DNA of 63,264 nt, counting the filler, from Pelomyxa schiedti (lineage: Eukaryota > Protista > Evosea): the NCBI GenBank assembly GCA_020536535.1. It is 8 parts of 8 records of this genome, joined end to end, with 100 filler letters (N's around TTAATTAATTAA, not from the genome) between each part and the next. Parts side by side here need not be neighbours in the genome. Positions count along the whole stretch, not along the records: positions 1 to 29,302 come from JAHLWZ010000632.1; positions 29,403 to 31,970 come from JAHLWZ010001956.1; positions 32,071 to 34,287 come from JAHLWZ010002069.1; positions 34,388 to 51,785 come from JAHLWZ010001130.1; 4 more parts are not named here. The stretch is one strand, 5' to 3'. The notes under the pieces are model-generated. The model worked only from the letters and a program-made list of their open reading frames with translations. It searched no databases and was not told the origin of the DNA. The first letter of the stretch is position 1. Each line of letters opens with the position of its first letter. This document shows positions 26,501 through 39,566 of the stretch, piece by piece. Both the position numbers and the translations under genes were made by a program.

Positions 26501-26738
26501 CCAGGCACACCTTGAGTTTAAATATGATGAAGAGGAAACCGCGGCCGAATTCTTCAATGCTTACATCTGGTCTGTGGTTTTCAGACGCCGGTTAATACCC
26601 TGGGATCCTTTGGGTGTCACTCTGTTCCCTGTTGAACCTATCGACGACGATTCTACAGACACCAATGCACCTGCAACCACCACTCCACAAACCACTGAGC
26701 CCGAAAACAGCCACCCTCCTGCAGACGAGGAAGTCTAG
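23581..26738 (+). CDS. DYM: Dymeclin
   Basis: MGLTGS myristoylation-like start; YVLSRTDPDQL, LLILSSD, WFKD..LGGLLVVVLVR, RDLYLHTNCLATLANM, YAASRLV and FKYDEEE..EFFNAYIWS. Confidence 0.88.
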
Positions 26739-29346
26739 ACTGGCAACATATCCCAGTCGCGACACATTACTCTACAGCACCCATACCCAAACAAGTCTCA
26801 TACCCCCACCTCAGGCTGTAATTAGAACCCACTTATTTTTGGTGGCGACCAATAATAAGTTCTAGAAAAAAAGAGAATAGTGGAAGCTATTTATAAACTC
26901 TGGGAACTTCGGTTCGCGCAGTTGCATTTCCAAAGAAAAAACCAGACAATTAATTTGAAGGGCAGATGCGGCGCATTCATTTTATTTTCAAATTAATCGC
27001 ACCGGCGACACGCTTCCCGCAGGAGAGGGGTACGACACAAAGTACAACAGCGCAACCACGGAGGGGACGACAAGGACGAGGAGGACGACGATCTCGTACG
27101 CAACGCAAACCTCGTCGAAAAACGCGCGCGCACGCACACACCGACGGCACGCCACGCCACGCCAACCACGGAGTTATATTACGGCGCGTGTTAACGTATT
27201 TCCAAGATCCCGATCCTGTGCGGCAAGGCTCTCTGAGAGAGAGGGGGGGGTGGGGGNNNNNNNNNNNNNNNNNNNNNNNNNNNNNNNNNNNNNNNNNNNN
27301 NNNNNNNNNNNNNNNNNNNNNNNNNNNNNNNNNNNNNNNNNNNNNNNNNNNNNNNNGGGGGGGGGGGGGGGGGGGGGGGGGGGGGGCGGGACATCCAGTT
27401 CTGTCCGCCGCCAAAAAAAAAAAGAAAAACTCCCCGCCGGCGACTCGCACTCACTCGCAGTGGCTTCGGTGGTTTGCAGACTCGCCGCCGAGACTCGGAG
27501 CAGCAGTGGTGAGAGTGGCGGCGAGGACTTGGCTGTCCGCCGCAGAGACACTCTATTCACAACGACTGGCATGGGACCGCTACTTTTGGGTGGGGGCACT
27601 CTCTCACACTCTCTCGTATATCGACGCGGAGGACGACTACGACTTTGTCACAACATGGAGAGATTTATATATCATATGTATATATTGGTGGAGGACGGGC
27701 CGAGATATTCCCTTTGCACAAGTTCAGTTTTACCAACTGGATCCCGAGCTGCTATACTTGGGGCTTTTCGTTCCCTTCCCAATTTTCTGTTCTCACCAAC
27801 CAAAATAGAATTTCATTTCCCCCTCCCCGACCTTCCCTCGAGAGCGGACCCCCATAGCGTGGGGCTGATGGGGCGGGCGACATCCTTTCAGGCTACCCCC
27901 CCTCGGGCCCAGCACACACGCGACCCCCTGCAAGGATGCCACCCAATCCGTCAGGACACCCCCCAGTGCTAGAACTCAAAGGGGTCTCTCTCTCGCAGTG
28001 GAATTGTAGAGCCGAGCCGAGCGAAACAAAGAGCAAAGCAGTATCAAATCCCCTCGATCTCGTTACTAAAAACGATACAGAAGATGGAAGATGGAAAATG
28101 GAAGGTGGGAAGATATAGAGATGTGATGTGTGATGTGCGATGTGACATGACATGACATGACATGACGGGGAGTGAATTATAGTGTTGAGAGATGAGAACT
28201 TATTTTTGCTCGGAGAGTTCTCCGTGGGTGCCGCTTATAGCGGAGTTAAAAGGTAGTGTTTCTATTTTCTATCTGTACCGCGATGTCTCATTGTTGTTAT
28301 CAAAAGGGTGCGGTGCCTCCATGGAGTCTCACGCGCCATACGCGCTCTGCACAGTCATGTGTGCCCTGGCGGAACCTTTTTGGAAAATGTATCAAAGGCC
28401 TAAAAAGCAAGAAGGTTTTTCACTTTCAAAAAAAACCCAACTCAACCCGTTTTTACTAGGTGGGAGAACTTTGCGGGAATTTCCCACTGACCGGGCACCT
28501 CCCCCAAGGCATGCGTGCTTTTGGCGGACAGAGAGAGAACGCACTCGGGGTGCCACTGGACACCTCAAGAAAACATCACCACCACACGTACCATCAACAA
28601 GGAACACCCCAACAAAAGAGCCGTCCCCCCTCCTTGTTGCTCTCATCCAAACCCGGCACGCGCAGTCGCACACCCAACAGTAAAAGGAAATACCACCAAT
28701 CCCTCTCCTCCTCTCACAGGGAAAATAAATGCTGCTCTTGTGCTCTTTCTTTACCACCTTTACCACGCTGTGCTTGTAAAATTATCTCGAGACATAGTGT
28801 TGGCAAACCTCCGGACCAAACTGCAAACACGCTCACGCAGTGCCGTTTTGCACAACGTTGTTGCGCAAAAAATAAAAAAATTGGCAGTGGTGAGTCGTTG
28901 CCGTAGGGCCGGACATTGTGAAACAAGACAACACAACCCAAGGCATCACTGGCGCCGATGCGTCTGGGGTGCCGTCCTGCTGTGGTGGATGGGCATTCCA
29001 ACAGCCAAACACCACGGCCATGCGCGTGGATTATTTCGGGCGAATGGCGGAGGCCGCCGCGGACGAGGACATTATCGACGCCACAACAAGCCTCGTGGTA
29101 GAGAGGAACGGCAAGCTTCCTGAGGCAAATTGCAAGTGGCTCGAATGGTGCGGTACTCGTCCCAGTCACAGAGTACGGCCTCCTGGGCTGCTGAGGAGGG
29201 GTCGAATCGTCGAGTCTCAGAGTCTCAGGATCCCAGGAGGGTTTTGAGGTTTCGGCATTTGCGGAAATTTACCTGTCAAAAATAAAATCCCAGGTGAGGT
29301 GTNNNNNNNNNNNNNNNNNNNNNNNNNNNNNNNNNNNNNNNNNNNN

Positions 29347-29358
29347 TTAATTAATTAA
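29347..29358. other. Artificial contig linker TTAATTAATTAA within N runs (also at 32015, 34332, 51830, 53436, 59042, 61157)
   Basis: The same six-frame-stop 12-mer is centred in 100-nt N blocks seven times, so neighbouring segments are not truly adjacent. Confidence 0.95.
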
Positions 29359-29402
29359 NNNNNNNNNNNNNNNNNNNNNNNNNNNNNNNNNNNNNNNNNN
29401 NN

Positions 29403-30682
29403 CCGAGAGGAGGGTCCTCGTGGAATTTGTGCCAACCTCGCTGGCTTGGTGGGGGTACCTCAACGAAAGTGAAAGTGAGTGCATTGACAAATACGATGAC
29501 TACTGGTTGTTCTTCAGTGTGGGGCCGACTCTGGGGCTGGTTCACGAGCCTGTGTTCGTTTCGGTTTATCAGAAGTTGGTTGGGTGGATTGGAGGCAACA
29601 GAATCATCTTCCAAGAGGACTTTGTGAAGCGATTCTGTCTGTGTGAGATGCAGGTGGACTGTAACTGCACTTCAGAAGTCGAGATAAAAGGAACCAAGGG
29701 GTGCTGCAACCAGAGGTGGGTTGTGATTGCTGGGATCAGAGAGAGCACCAATGAGTCTGGGTTGTTCGTGTGCAAGGTGAATAACACACAGCTGGATCCC
29801 TGTTGGAATGTTGTGCAGTGCTCGTGGTTCGATTCTATTCAGTGGCTCAGATTCTTTGGCTCCAGTGAGTTCGACTTTGAGTCTGATGTTGTGGATGCGA
29901 TCTTCACTGAGGAAAGGGGGGCTGATGAGTTCTTGGTTGTGGTTCACATCAACTTGAACTTTCTTCTGGCTCAAAATGCTGAAAGTTGCACAGCAGCAGC
30001 ACCACTGAGCGTCATCATTTGTGAGTGCAATATTTCCAAATTTGGCTGCAGGGCAGCATGGCACCCTCAACCACTGGTTGACAGGTCCAGTGGGATGTAT
30101 TTCTTCCTGCTTGGAAACATATCCAAGGTGTTGGTGCTGAACACAGGCCAGATTTTTACATTGATGTGTAGAGATTTCAGCCCGCAGTTGACGAAACACT
30201 TGAGCCTCACAACGGAAAACTCAACAACTGCATCAACATCAGTTTATGCTCTCTCAGATTTAATTTCATCATCAGCCACTTCTTCTTCATTGCCACCACC
30301 GCCGCGCTCTGAAGCATCCTCCTGCTTTGACAAAGCAACTCCATGCCGCATTCACCACTCTTCACCAGGAGCTGTCTTTTTGGCCGGCTGTGGAATCGTT
30401 GCTGCATCAAATTCCCCAAACTCCATGTCATCGATGGCACAATTGTGCCAATCACCACCAGCCCCCAAGAGACCAAGGCTCAGCTCCACAGTTGGTGGAA
30501 AATGTCAACAACCTGGTGCAACAGAAGAAGAGAAGGACTACTGCATCCCCCCACAAGGGTGGACACATGAGTTCATTGATGCAACAACAGGCACACTTCT
30601 TTTCACGGTGACACAGACAGGGAGCAAAGAGCCACTCCTCCCAATTGACATCCAACCGGTTCCACTCCTCCATCCCTGTTAA
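29403..30682 (+). CDS. Orphan expanded-family protein, intronless, 5'-truncated by contig edge
   Basis: Long ORF and close paralog of 31007-31970 (FFSVGPTLGLV, KGCCNQRWV, FFGSSE.DFESDV, QPLVDRSSGMY). Confidence 0.7.
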
Positions 30683-31006
30683 CAGAAATGCAAATACATA
30701 CATACCAATGGATTCCTGCTGGAAGTAAAAATAATTATCCCACTCGACGCAACAAGTTCACAGTGACTTTGATGGCACACAGCACCAAAGTATTCCGATG
30801 CTCTCAGTGTTGGAGAGCGCCTCCACGCAACTTCTTGCTTGTTGTGCACATACCGAGGTACCAGTGTATTTATGTCGATTGAATTTGTCCCCACAGGTTA
30901 CCCTCAACGTCCGCGTCCTCCAAAGTACAAAACATTTGGTTGATTTGATTGAATGGTTTTTTTCCTTATGGATTACTAGAACACTACACACAACAAACGA
31001 AACAAA

Positions 31007-31970
31007 ATGCTACGCCAGGACTACCGTGGGGTGGTGATCAATTGTGGGACGCGGGCTCGGTCGCAGATCGTTCAACTCCTTTTCGCTCATTCAGCGGCCT
31101 CGTCATCCAGTACCACCTCCTGTCGCCGCTGTTCCCACGTTGGCGTTTTGCCATTGTGGGTGTTGGTGGAACTGATCGGGAAGAGGTGGGTGATGTGGCC
31201 TGAGAGGAGGGTCCTTGTGGCTTTTGGGGCAAAGCCAACTGCTGATTATAATGAATCTGAGGACTACTTCGTGTTCTTCAGTGTGGGGCCAACACTTGGG
31301 CTGGTTCGCAAGCCTGTTGTGGTTTCAATGGAGGAGTTCTGTGTTGGGTGGATTGGCGGAAACGCGGTCGTCACTCAGACGGAGTGGTTGAAGAAATTCA
31401 GTGTGTGCAAGGTACAAAGTCCCCAGATTTATCCTGGATCCACCTCAAAAATACATGTGAAGGGCGCGAAGGGGTGCTGCAACCAGAGGTGGGTTGCCAT
31501 TGCTGGAGCCAGAAAGAGCACCAATGAGTCTGGGTTGTTCGTGTGCAAGGTGGATAACACTCAACTGGATTCCTGTTGGAATGTGATGAAGTACCCGTGG
31601 TTTGATTCCGTTCTGTCACTCTGCTTCTTTGGCTCCAGTGAGTACGACTTTGAGTCTGACGTTCTGGAAGTTATCTTCACTGAGACAAGGGGCACTGGTG
31701 GTGAATTCTTGTGCGTTGTTCACATCAACCTGAACAAGTTTGTGGCTGATGCCAAACATAGTTTGACAGTGCCACTCGAAGTGATTGGAGAGTGCAATGT
31801 CTCAGAGAAGGGCATCAAGGCAGAGTCGCTCACGCAACCACTGGTTGACAGATCGAGTGGGATGTATTACTTCCTGCTTGGAAACAGAGCTTGTGAACTC
31901 AAGGTGTTGGTGTTGAACACAGGCGAGGTTGTCACATTGAGTGAAGGCTCCCAATCTGCCAGGAAACTTA
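31007..31970 (+). CDS. Orphan expanded-family protein, tandem paralog, 3'-truncated
   Basis: Long ORF with N-terminal ARSQIV motif and WV...RR; paralog of the preceding ORF. Confidence 0.7.
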
Positions 31971-32070
31971 NNNNNNNNNNNNNNNNNNNNNNNNNNNNNN
32001 NNNNNNNNNNNNNNTTAATTAATTAANNNNNNNNNNNNNNNNNNNNNNNNNNNNNNNNNNNNNNNNNNNN

Positions 32071-32506
32071 AAGCATAGAAACGAGCTCCAACTTCAAATG
32101 GGCTGGATGAAGTTCTCTCTTGGGTACATGCACCCTATGGCATCAACCCCACAAATAGTACATTGACAAGCACATCAAGTACTGGTACCAGTAGTGCAGT
32201 GAACAACCTACTGTCAGATACTTCCATAGATACAAGCAGTGATACACTCCCATTTTATTCCTGGCTGCAACAACGTGAACAAACCTGCCCTAACTTCACA
32301 GCACTGTGTAATCAAGGTTAAAAGACCCCAGCACTTATGTTCTTGCGTTTGAATAGCTCCCTTGTCGACTGGACTTGGTAAAAAGAAATGTCATAAGAGA
32401 TCAGATTTCTCCTAACGGGTTCGGGAACACCCACTCATTTCCCGGGAGTGGGACCCGCCCAAACCCTCTTCCCGGGTCCCGTTTTCCCGGGTTTTTGCCA
32501 ACACTG
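32071..32506 (+). mobile_element. hAT DNA transposon 3' remnant
   Basis: 32241-32309 encodes DTLPFYSWLQQREQTCPNFTALC and 32331 onward ALMFLRLN, resembling the start and end of the hAT dimerisation domain; then CCCGGG-rich subterminal repeats ending ...GCCAACACTG (reverse complement CAGTGTTGGC, a hAT-type terminus). Confidence 0.55.
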
Positions 32507-33313
32507 AGCAGTGGAAAAGGGAGATCCATATGCCAGTTTGAGCTGGGTTCCCATTGCCTTGAAGAAAGGAACCCCAGAGAGGCTGCCAAGTTGTTCAAGC
32601 TTGCCTCTGACCAAGGCCTTCCTGAAGCACAGTATGCTGTTGCAAACTGGTATGCTCAGAAATTTACTTTCAAAGGTTGTTGTGGGGAGAGAAATGAACA
32701 AGATGCATTGCGCTTGTGGAGGCTGGCTGATAACCAGGGTCTTGCAGAAGCACAGTGTGCACTTGGTGTCTGTTTCATGGATGGTGACCTTGTGCCACAG
32801 GATGACCAATCAGCTGCTAGGTTCTTCTCAGTGGCTGCTGAGGCAGGGTTCCATGAGGCGCAGTTTCATCTGGCGACACTGGACAATGAGGGAAGAGGAG
32901 TTGAGCAAGACACATCAAAAGCTGTCACATTGCTGAAGCAGGCATCACAATCGGGCTTGATTGAGGCCCACGTGAAACTGGGCGTTCTGTACACCACGGG
33001 ACCAACATCTACACCAGAGGACCTCACACTTGCAAGGAACCATTTTCGGGTTGCCGCAAACAATGGCAGCCCTGAGGCTGCCTGGTGTCTGGCCCTGCTC
33101 ATGTGCCATGGTGATGTGCCTGGAGCAACAAAACCTGAGGCGTTGGAGCTGCTGCACAAGGCGTGGATGTCCACATGGACAAAAAGATATGTTGTTGCAG
33201 TCTCTGTTGGTGAGATGTGTGAGGGGGGTCACCTTGGAAGAACCCCAACAAAGGATGTGAGGGAAGCTGTGAGGTGGTACAAGCTGGCTGTTGACTGTAA
33301 GGATGGTGGATGA
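32507..33313 (+). pseudogene. Sel1-repeat gene, probably disrupted
   Basis: About five Sel1 repeats (AADQG..EAQ..LG type). The 5' part abuts the hAT terminus, and AVEKGDPYA / QFELG lie in different frames (1-nt deletion near 32533). Confidence 0.6.
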
Positions 33314-33671
33314 TAATGCACAACAGAGACTAAGACCCTTCCTTCACCCCAGCAACAACAATGATGAAGTGTACTAAAACAAACTCCTTTGTGGACTGCT
33401 CTCATGTAGTATGCGACTTGGCGTTTCCTTGGTTTTGATCTTTAAAGTCACGAAAAACAAAGCAAAACAAAAAGAGCGTTGCAGCAACTTTGGGAAAAAA
33501 AAACCGATACCGAACAACAGAACGTTCTGACCTGGCACCAAAATGCGACGGTCTGTCGCACTACCAGTCACCAAACGGCATTAAATTTTATTTGTTCTTC
33601 TTCTCCGCAACCGTAAAAGAAACACAAAACAACATTTTCCCCGAAACTCCACTTTTGATTCCATCCGCTAC

Positions 33672-34287
33672 ATGCCCAGAGTACGTGCTGAATTCGTCGA
33701 CAATGCAATGCAACCCAACGGTGGAGTCTACACAGGTCGGCTCGTTGGCAAAAAGCGAGATGGCAGGGGCAGGCTCACGTTGCAGCAAGACGGCGGCCAG
33801 CACGCCTACGACGGCAACTGGATCGACGGGCAGATGAACAGGTTGTGTGCTTCTGTGGGGATGTGTAGTTCGTTGTGTGACGAGAAAGCAGAGGACAAGA
33901 ACGAGATCGAGAAAGGATTCTATTATTTATTCTGTTTGTTTGTTGTTTGTTTAGATTTGTGAGGTTTAAGTTGTGATTCTAAGGTCGGAGTGTGTCGGGC
34001 TTATAAGGACTCGAAAACGACTTGAAATCGAGGTGAACGATCAGGTAGATTTCCGCGAACTTGATTTCCTAAGATGTAAGGTCCGAGTGCTGACTCAGCA
34101 GGTCAGTCTCCCAGTCTCGGCGTTCGCGCTCGTGCTCGCAGAGAGTTTGCTTGTGTATTCTACAGAATCACACAGGGTGGGGAGTGCACACGTGGCCCAA
34201 CGGCACCATGTACAACGGGGAGTGGAAGAGCGGGGTGCCAGATGGGTGGGGCACAAGGCGCGACGCAGACGGCGGGTGGTACGAGGG
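33672..34287 (+). CDS. MORN-repeat protein, 3'-truncated
   Basis: YTGRLVGKKRDGRG, YDGNWIDGQMN|GWG, WPNGTMYNGEWKSGVPDGWG, DGGWYEG across one intron. Confidence 0.85.
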
Positions 34288-34491
34288 NNNNNNNNNNNNN
34301 NNNNNNNNNNNNNNNNNNNNNNNNNNNNNNNTTAATTAATTAANNNNNNNNNNNNNNNNNNNNNNNNNNNNNNNNNNNNNNNNNNNNGATGGCGTGCTTA
34401 CCCTGCGTCGTAATCACTCATCTCCCACGAGGCTTTTTTTTTTTTTTTTTTTTTTTGTGTTCCCCCAGGTTCTTTCCAGAGACACTTGGAG

Positions 34492-37400
34492 ATGTCTCTG
34501 AGTGAAAAAGGAAGAGGCACTTCCATTTTCATACCTTGGTTCTGTTGTCTTGCCAGTCCGAGATCCATCAAGGTGTTTGAACTGTTTGAAATGCGATTAA
34601 GCCGAAATCTGTGAACGCAAAAAACTCAAAGCAAACGGGTGCACAACAAACACGCGAGGGGAAGGTCGACCGGGGCCGGCGAGGCGGATCCCCGGTCCCG
34701 TCGGCGCCCGTGCGCATCGTGCTCCAATCCAACGGCGCCACGTCGTTCCCGGCCGAGTCGGACGTCGAGCCCCGGCGCAACCGCGTCCTCAGCATTTCCG
34801 TGTACGGCAACCTCATCAGCAGCATCCCGCCCTACATTTCGACTTTGCCGGCTCTGACCGAGCTCGACGTGAGCCACAACCGGATGGAGCATTTCCCCTC
34901 CGAGACGGTGGCTTCCCTCGCGGCGACCCTGAGGCACCTGGTGATCTCGGGCAACTCCATACGAGATCTCCCCCGCGAGACTCTTGCCTCACTTGGCAAC
35001 CTGATGACGCTTAAAGCCGCCCTGAACCCGCTTGGGGACAGTGGATTCCCTGCTCATGCATTTGGCCTCCCTTCCATAATTACCCTGGACCTTGCGCGGG
35101 CGGGCCTGAGGGGCGAATGTGGCGTGATTGACTTGCACCGCCCTGTTGCGAATCCGACTGTCAGTCCTCAGACCCCAGAGTCGACTGGCACTGCTGCGAA
35201 ATCCAGTGAAGTGGGCGAAAAGGCGGTTGCGTTACCTACCAGCCAACCTGGCTCCCCTAAAACATCCAGAAGTGGAACTTGTCATATAAATTATCTCATT
35301 CTGGACCATAATAAGCTGAGGGCCCTCCCACCCAATATCGGCAAGATCCATGAACTCCGCACACTGAATGCTTCCTTCAATCGCCTGACTTCAATTCCTG
35401 ATAGTTTATGTTCACTATGTAAATTAGACACACTGATTTTGTCAGATAATCGTCTCACATCTCGTAAGCCTGTTTCTTTGAGAATAATCTTTAAGCTTGC
35501 TCATCTTCTTAACAAGTTCCTGATGAACTGCCGCATCTACCTTTCCTTGCAACACTTGATATTTCCAACAACCCAATATCCGCTTTCCCTTCAAGCTGGT
35601 TTGTCACTCGCAATGGGGAATTCCGCAAAAACACATGGGTTTCCCTTCTTGAATTAGGTGCACATGACATGTTGCTTGAGCACCTACCAGATGATTTTTT
35701 TGCTCATTTTCCCTGTATTTCAATATGCAACCTATCCCGAAACAATCTTGGAAATCTTCCAGATCTTACGCCCGCCACAACGTTGGCTTGTCTGTATATT
35801 GTGCGTCCAAACCTCAGAAACTTTTTTCCTTGAAATTAACCACCAATTCCAGAGTAACAACCAGTTGACTACGTTACCAGAGTCTTTGTCTTCTATGGTG
35901 AGGCTTGAGCAACTTGACATTTCCTGCAACTGTATAGCACATTGTCCATCACTAACAGGTTGATTACAGTTCTTTTAACCGTTCCGGAACTAAAAACAAG
36001 TAATAGCGCTGGCACGGCTCAGTAATTTCACGGCTGGATACAATCCATTTTTGGAGACACCTGAATTACCTCCAAGTCTAATAGAACTGAATCTTTCTGG
36101 ATGTGTATTAAGAGAGCAACCTGTTGGAACTTTTTCCTCACTGAAGAAACTGTATTTATGTATGTCCAAGACGTTTACCCAATTTCAATCGGTTTTTATT
36201 TTGTATGATTTAGGTTTTTGTATTACTTTCACATGTAACGAATTAACTCTATTCCAGCCTTGAATGAATTTACAAGCATATCCGAGAATTTAGTATGCTC
36301 CCCACAGCTGGGAACTTTAGATGTGGCCCTCAATAAACTTGAGGTTCTCCCTGAAACGTGTGCAGGTCCTCTTCCATTGTTAGTACTCAATCATAACCCA
36401 AATTAGATTACATAATTGCTAATCGGAATAGTGATGCCATTCAAAAAACTCTTCCTGTTCACAACTCTGTGTCACCTTGTGTAAACATGTGTGTTGGCAT
36501 TGCTGATACACTGGGCCGCAGACTATCCATGGTAATGTGCGATTTCATCCACCACCAATTTATTTTTTAAGGAAGATGTTATCTGCTTTGAGGGTCAAAT
36601 TACCTCTGGGGCCGACTTCATTGGCCTCTTTGATGGACACGGAGGTAAAGAAGTGGCAGATTTTGTTTCAGCAACACTACCAGGTACGTTCTATCGAAAA
36701 TTGCAACTTCAACCATCTTAAAAAAACTAGGCTATTTCATAGGTGTTTTGCGAGACAATGAAGAAGAAGTCTGCAAAACTGCTTATCAACAAACTCAGGT
36801 GAAATGTAGGGAATATCTAGGGGAAGATGCAGAGCAGAAGGTAGTTATCCAAGTATACATTTAATGCACATTCTTATGTTAGTTTAATCCTCCAAGTTAT
36901 ATCTTTAACTTCCTTGGGGTTAACAACAGCAAGTTGGAACAACTGCACTCGTTGCACTTGTATGGGGGGATCACATTTTCATGTCTAACGCAGGTGATTC
37001 TCGAGCAATTCTGTGGCGTAAAGATCATGCTATACGACTCTCCAGGGATCATAAACCAACTGACGCTGATGAATATAAACGAATAAGAGATCTAGGGGGT
37101 AAACAGAGCATTACCACAACATAGTTTCTCAAGATTCTCCAAGGTTTTGTAACCGAGATTGGCCGAATCAACGGAATTATTGCCGTCTCTAGGTCTTTTG
37201 GTGACTTCTTTGTGCAACCTCTTCTGAATCCAGAGCCTTACATCAGCAACACCAAATTAACTGATGACGATAGATTTTTACTTCTTGCGTGTGACGGGGT
37301 CTGGGATGTCCTAACTGATGACAAGGCAGGGGAAATTGTCAATCTTGCACTTGACGCATATGGAGATGACCCCGAGGCAGCTGCTTATGTTCTACGTGAT

Positions 37401-38081
37401 GCCGCGTACCTCAATGGCAGCACAGATAATATCAGTGTAGCCGTGTGCCTTTTAAAGACGGGTGGTACAGCAAAAGAGCTAGCGGACAAGCCAAAAACTC
37501 ACAGACACAAGCATTCCAAACGCAATCCACCGCGGGACCCCCAGTGCCAAGCAGGGCTACTAGCGGCCCTACGGCATGCACAATCAGCCTCAAAACTAAA
37601 GCCGCAGGCACCCAAGTCCTCCACCAAAAAGCACTCCGCCGCGTCCAGTGCCTCCACAACAACAACAACAACAGCAGCAGCAACAACACATCACAGCGTA
37701 ACCGAGCACACAAGCAGCCCAAAGAAGGACCACACAGTGCGCTCCAGGCGGCACTCCAGGGCCTGTGTTGAAACCACCGGAACAGCCCATTCTCGGTCGA
37801 TAAGCACGATGCCTTCAAGCCTCACATCGACCGTACCGCCGGTGGAGTCAGAGGCCCCGCCCCCACAGACGCAGGCACCAACGCCAACATCGCTAAGGTC
37901 GAGCGACCACGCGCACTCAACCAAAAGGTCTTCCCGCAGCACGTTGGGAACGCCGCCAACTACAACACCACCACCACCACCACCCAGCGCAGACACATCA
38001 CCCCCGCCGTCAGTAAAGTCACCCACCCACAAACCACATAAAGACAGCCGAGGAGAGGACAAGTCTCTCTCCTCCATGTGA
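34492..38081 (+). CDS. LRR + PP2C protein phosphatase (PHLPP-like architecture)
   Basis: Many LxxLxLxxNxL repeats; PP2C motifs GRRLSMED, GLFDGHGG, GTTA, NAGDSRA, DHKP, AVSRSFGD, LACDGVWDV and DNIS. Start approximate. Confidence 0.88.
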
Positions 38082-38227
38082 TAAACAGTTGCCCCTTCTA
38101 CAACACCCTACGTTGTAGTAAGTGGCAAGCTGAGGGAGACTAAAAAAAACTGTTAAAAATTTCCCTTGGCCCTTGTTTTTCCTTCGTCGTCGACAAGCAA
38201 TCGTCGCACTGTCAATCTCTAGAGAGA

Positions 38228-39427
38228 ATGAGCACATCAACTCAAACAGCTACCCGAGTGGCGTTTGTTTCGCAGGGGCCGGTGCTGTTCACGTGCCCAC
38301 ACGGTCACGCAGTGTACAGGCACACGGACCAGCACACAGGCAAAGGGCGGCGCGAGCTTCATCGCAGGGAGGCATTCACTTCCCTGTTGGCTGCAACAAT
38401 GGCATCTAGAACAAATGGCAGCCTCATTGCATGGCGTGGTGAGAGGCTTTTGTTCCATTTCATCTTGGTTTTTTTTTTAAATTGTATTTATTTATTATCT
38501 TACATGAAGTTAACATAGTGAAGGAACTGCAAGTAGTGAGAGTAGGGATGGTGGACGTGATGGAGGGACATTGGGTGGGGAGAATGTTCCAATGGTTTAT
38601 GCCACCTCTTCTTTGTGTCATGGGCAGAGCCGGGGCTCTGCTGTGGTGTCTGAGCTTGACCTTGATGCTAACTTCTTGAGGCCGTGTCAGTACACAATGT
38701 CACCATGGCACTTGGCGCTCCTTGAATTCCGCAGAACGTGGGTACAGCTTGGTGTGCCAATGCTGCATGTTGATATTCATGGGAAGGTATCTTGCTGGTT
38801 TGATGTCTTTCATGTAATCCCTCTCTTAGTGCGCCACAGGTAGACAGACGCTCTGACCTCGATATTGATATCGGCATCAAGCCTATTCAAGTTCTGTGGC
38901 AAAATAATTCTGGACCGCACAACAGTGACTTCTGCAGGAGGATGAAGATGTCACTGTACCGAGGTCTAACTGGTGCTGTCAAAGGAATAAAAGGAAAGAG
39001 CCAAGCCCCAACAGCAGCGGCTGATCCATTATTGAGTTGGGGTGTGGAAATGGAGCCGGCACTAGATGGATATTGGGGAACTGGTGACTCCATGCCGACC
39101 ACAATTATTCACCAATCCGCAACCCTTGGCATTCCATCAGTAATGCTCGAATTCCCTTACAGTGTGCGAAAGGCCCTGTGCAGCCCAGACCACTCTCATG
39201 CACTAGAAGGCATCTGTCAATCCATAATGGAAACATACAAGGAAGTAGTTGTGCCAGCTGGAGTCACATCACAAGCTCAAGCATCCAGTACCATGGCACG
39301 ACCTGAGGTGAACAACTTGCTGACAAGTGATGCTCTCCATCTCCTTGACATCATCACAGGCACACCTTCTCACAACATACCACTCTCTGAGTTCCAGGAA
39401 CCAGAGTTGCCAGATGATTCTCTCTGA
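38228..39427 (+). CDS. Putative N-formylglutamate amidohydrolase-like metallohydrolase
   Basis: VLFTCPHG, DANF, PWH, LHVDIHGK, DIDIG and SVMLEF motifs over three exons. Confidence 0.5.
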
Positions 39428-39566
39428 TGCAACACCTATTCTATCATGGCTTATTTATCCATTTACTCAACGTGTGCTGCCACATTGGTTTTGTGAGTGA
39501 ATTGGCATTTGCATATGAATGTGAACCGTCGAACAATTTGAGGTGTCAGGGATCTCACACTCGAAA

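Noticed and set aside
27920-28090. U6-like fragments (CCCCTGCAAGGATG and ACTAAAA..ACGATACAGAAGAT) in swapped order
   Set aside because: The matches are only 9-10 nt, the ACAGAGA box and AGC/ISL geometry are not intact, and chance is a sufficient explanation.
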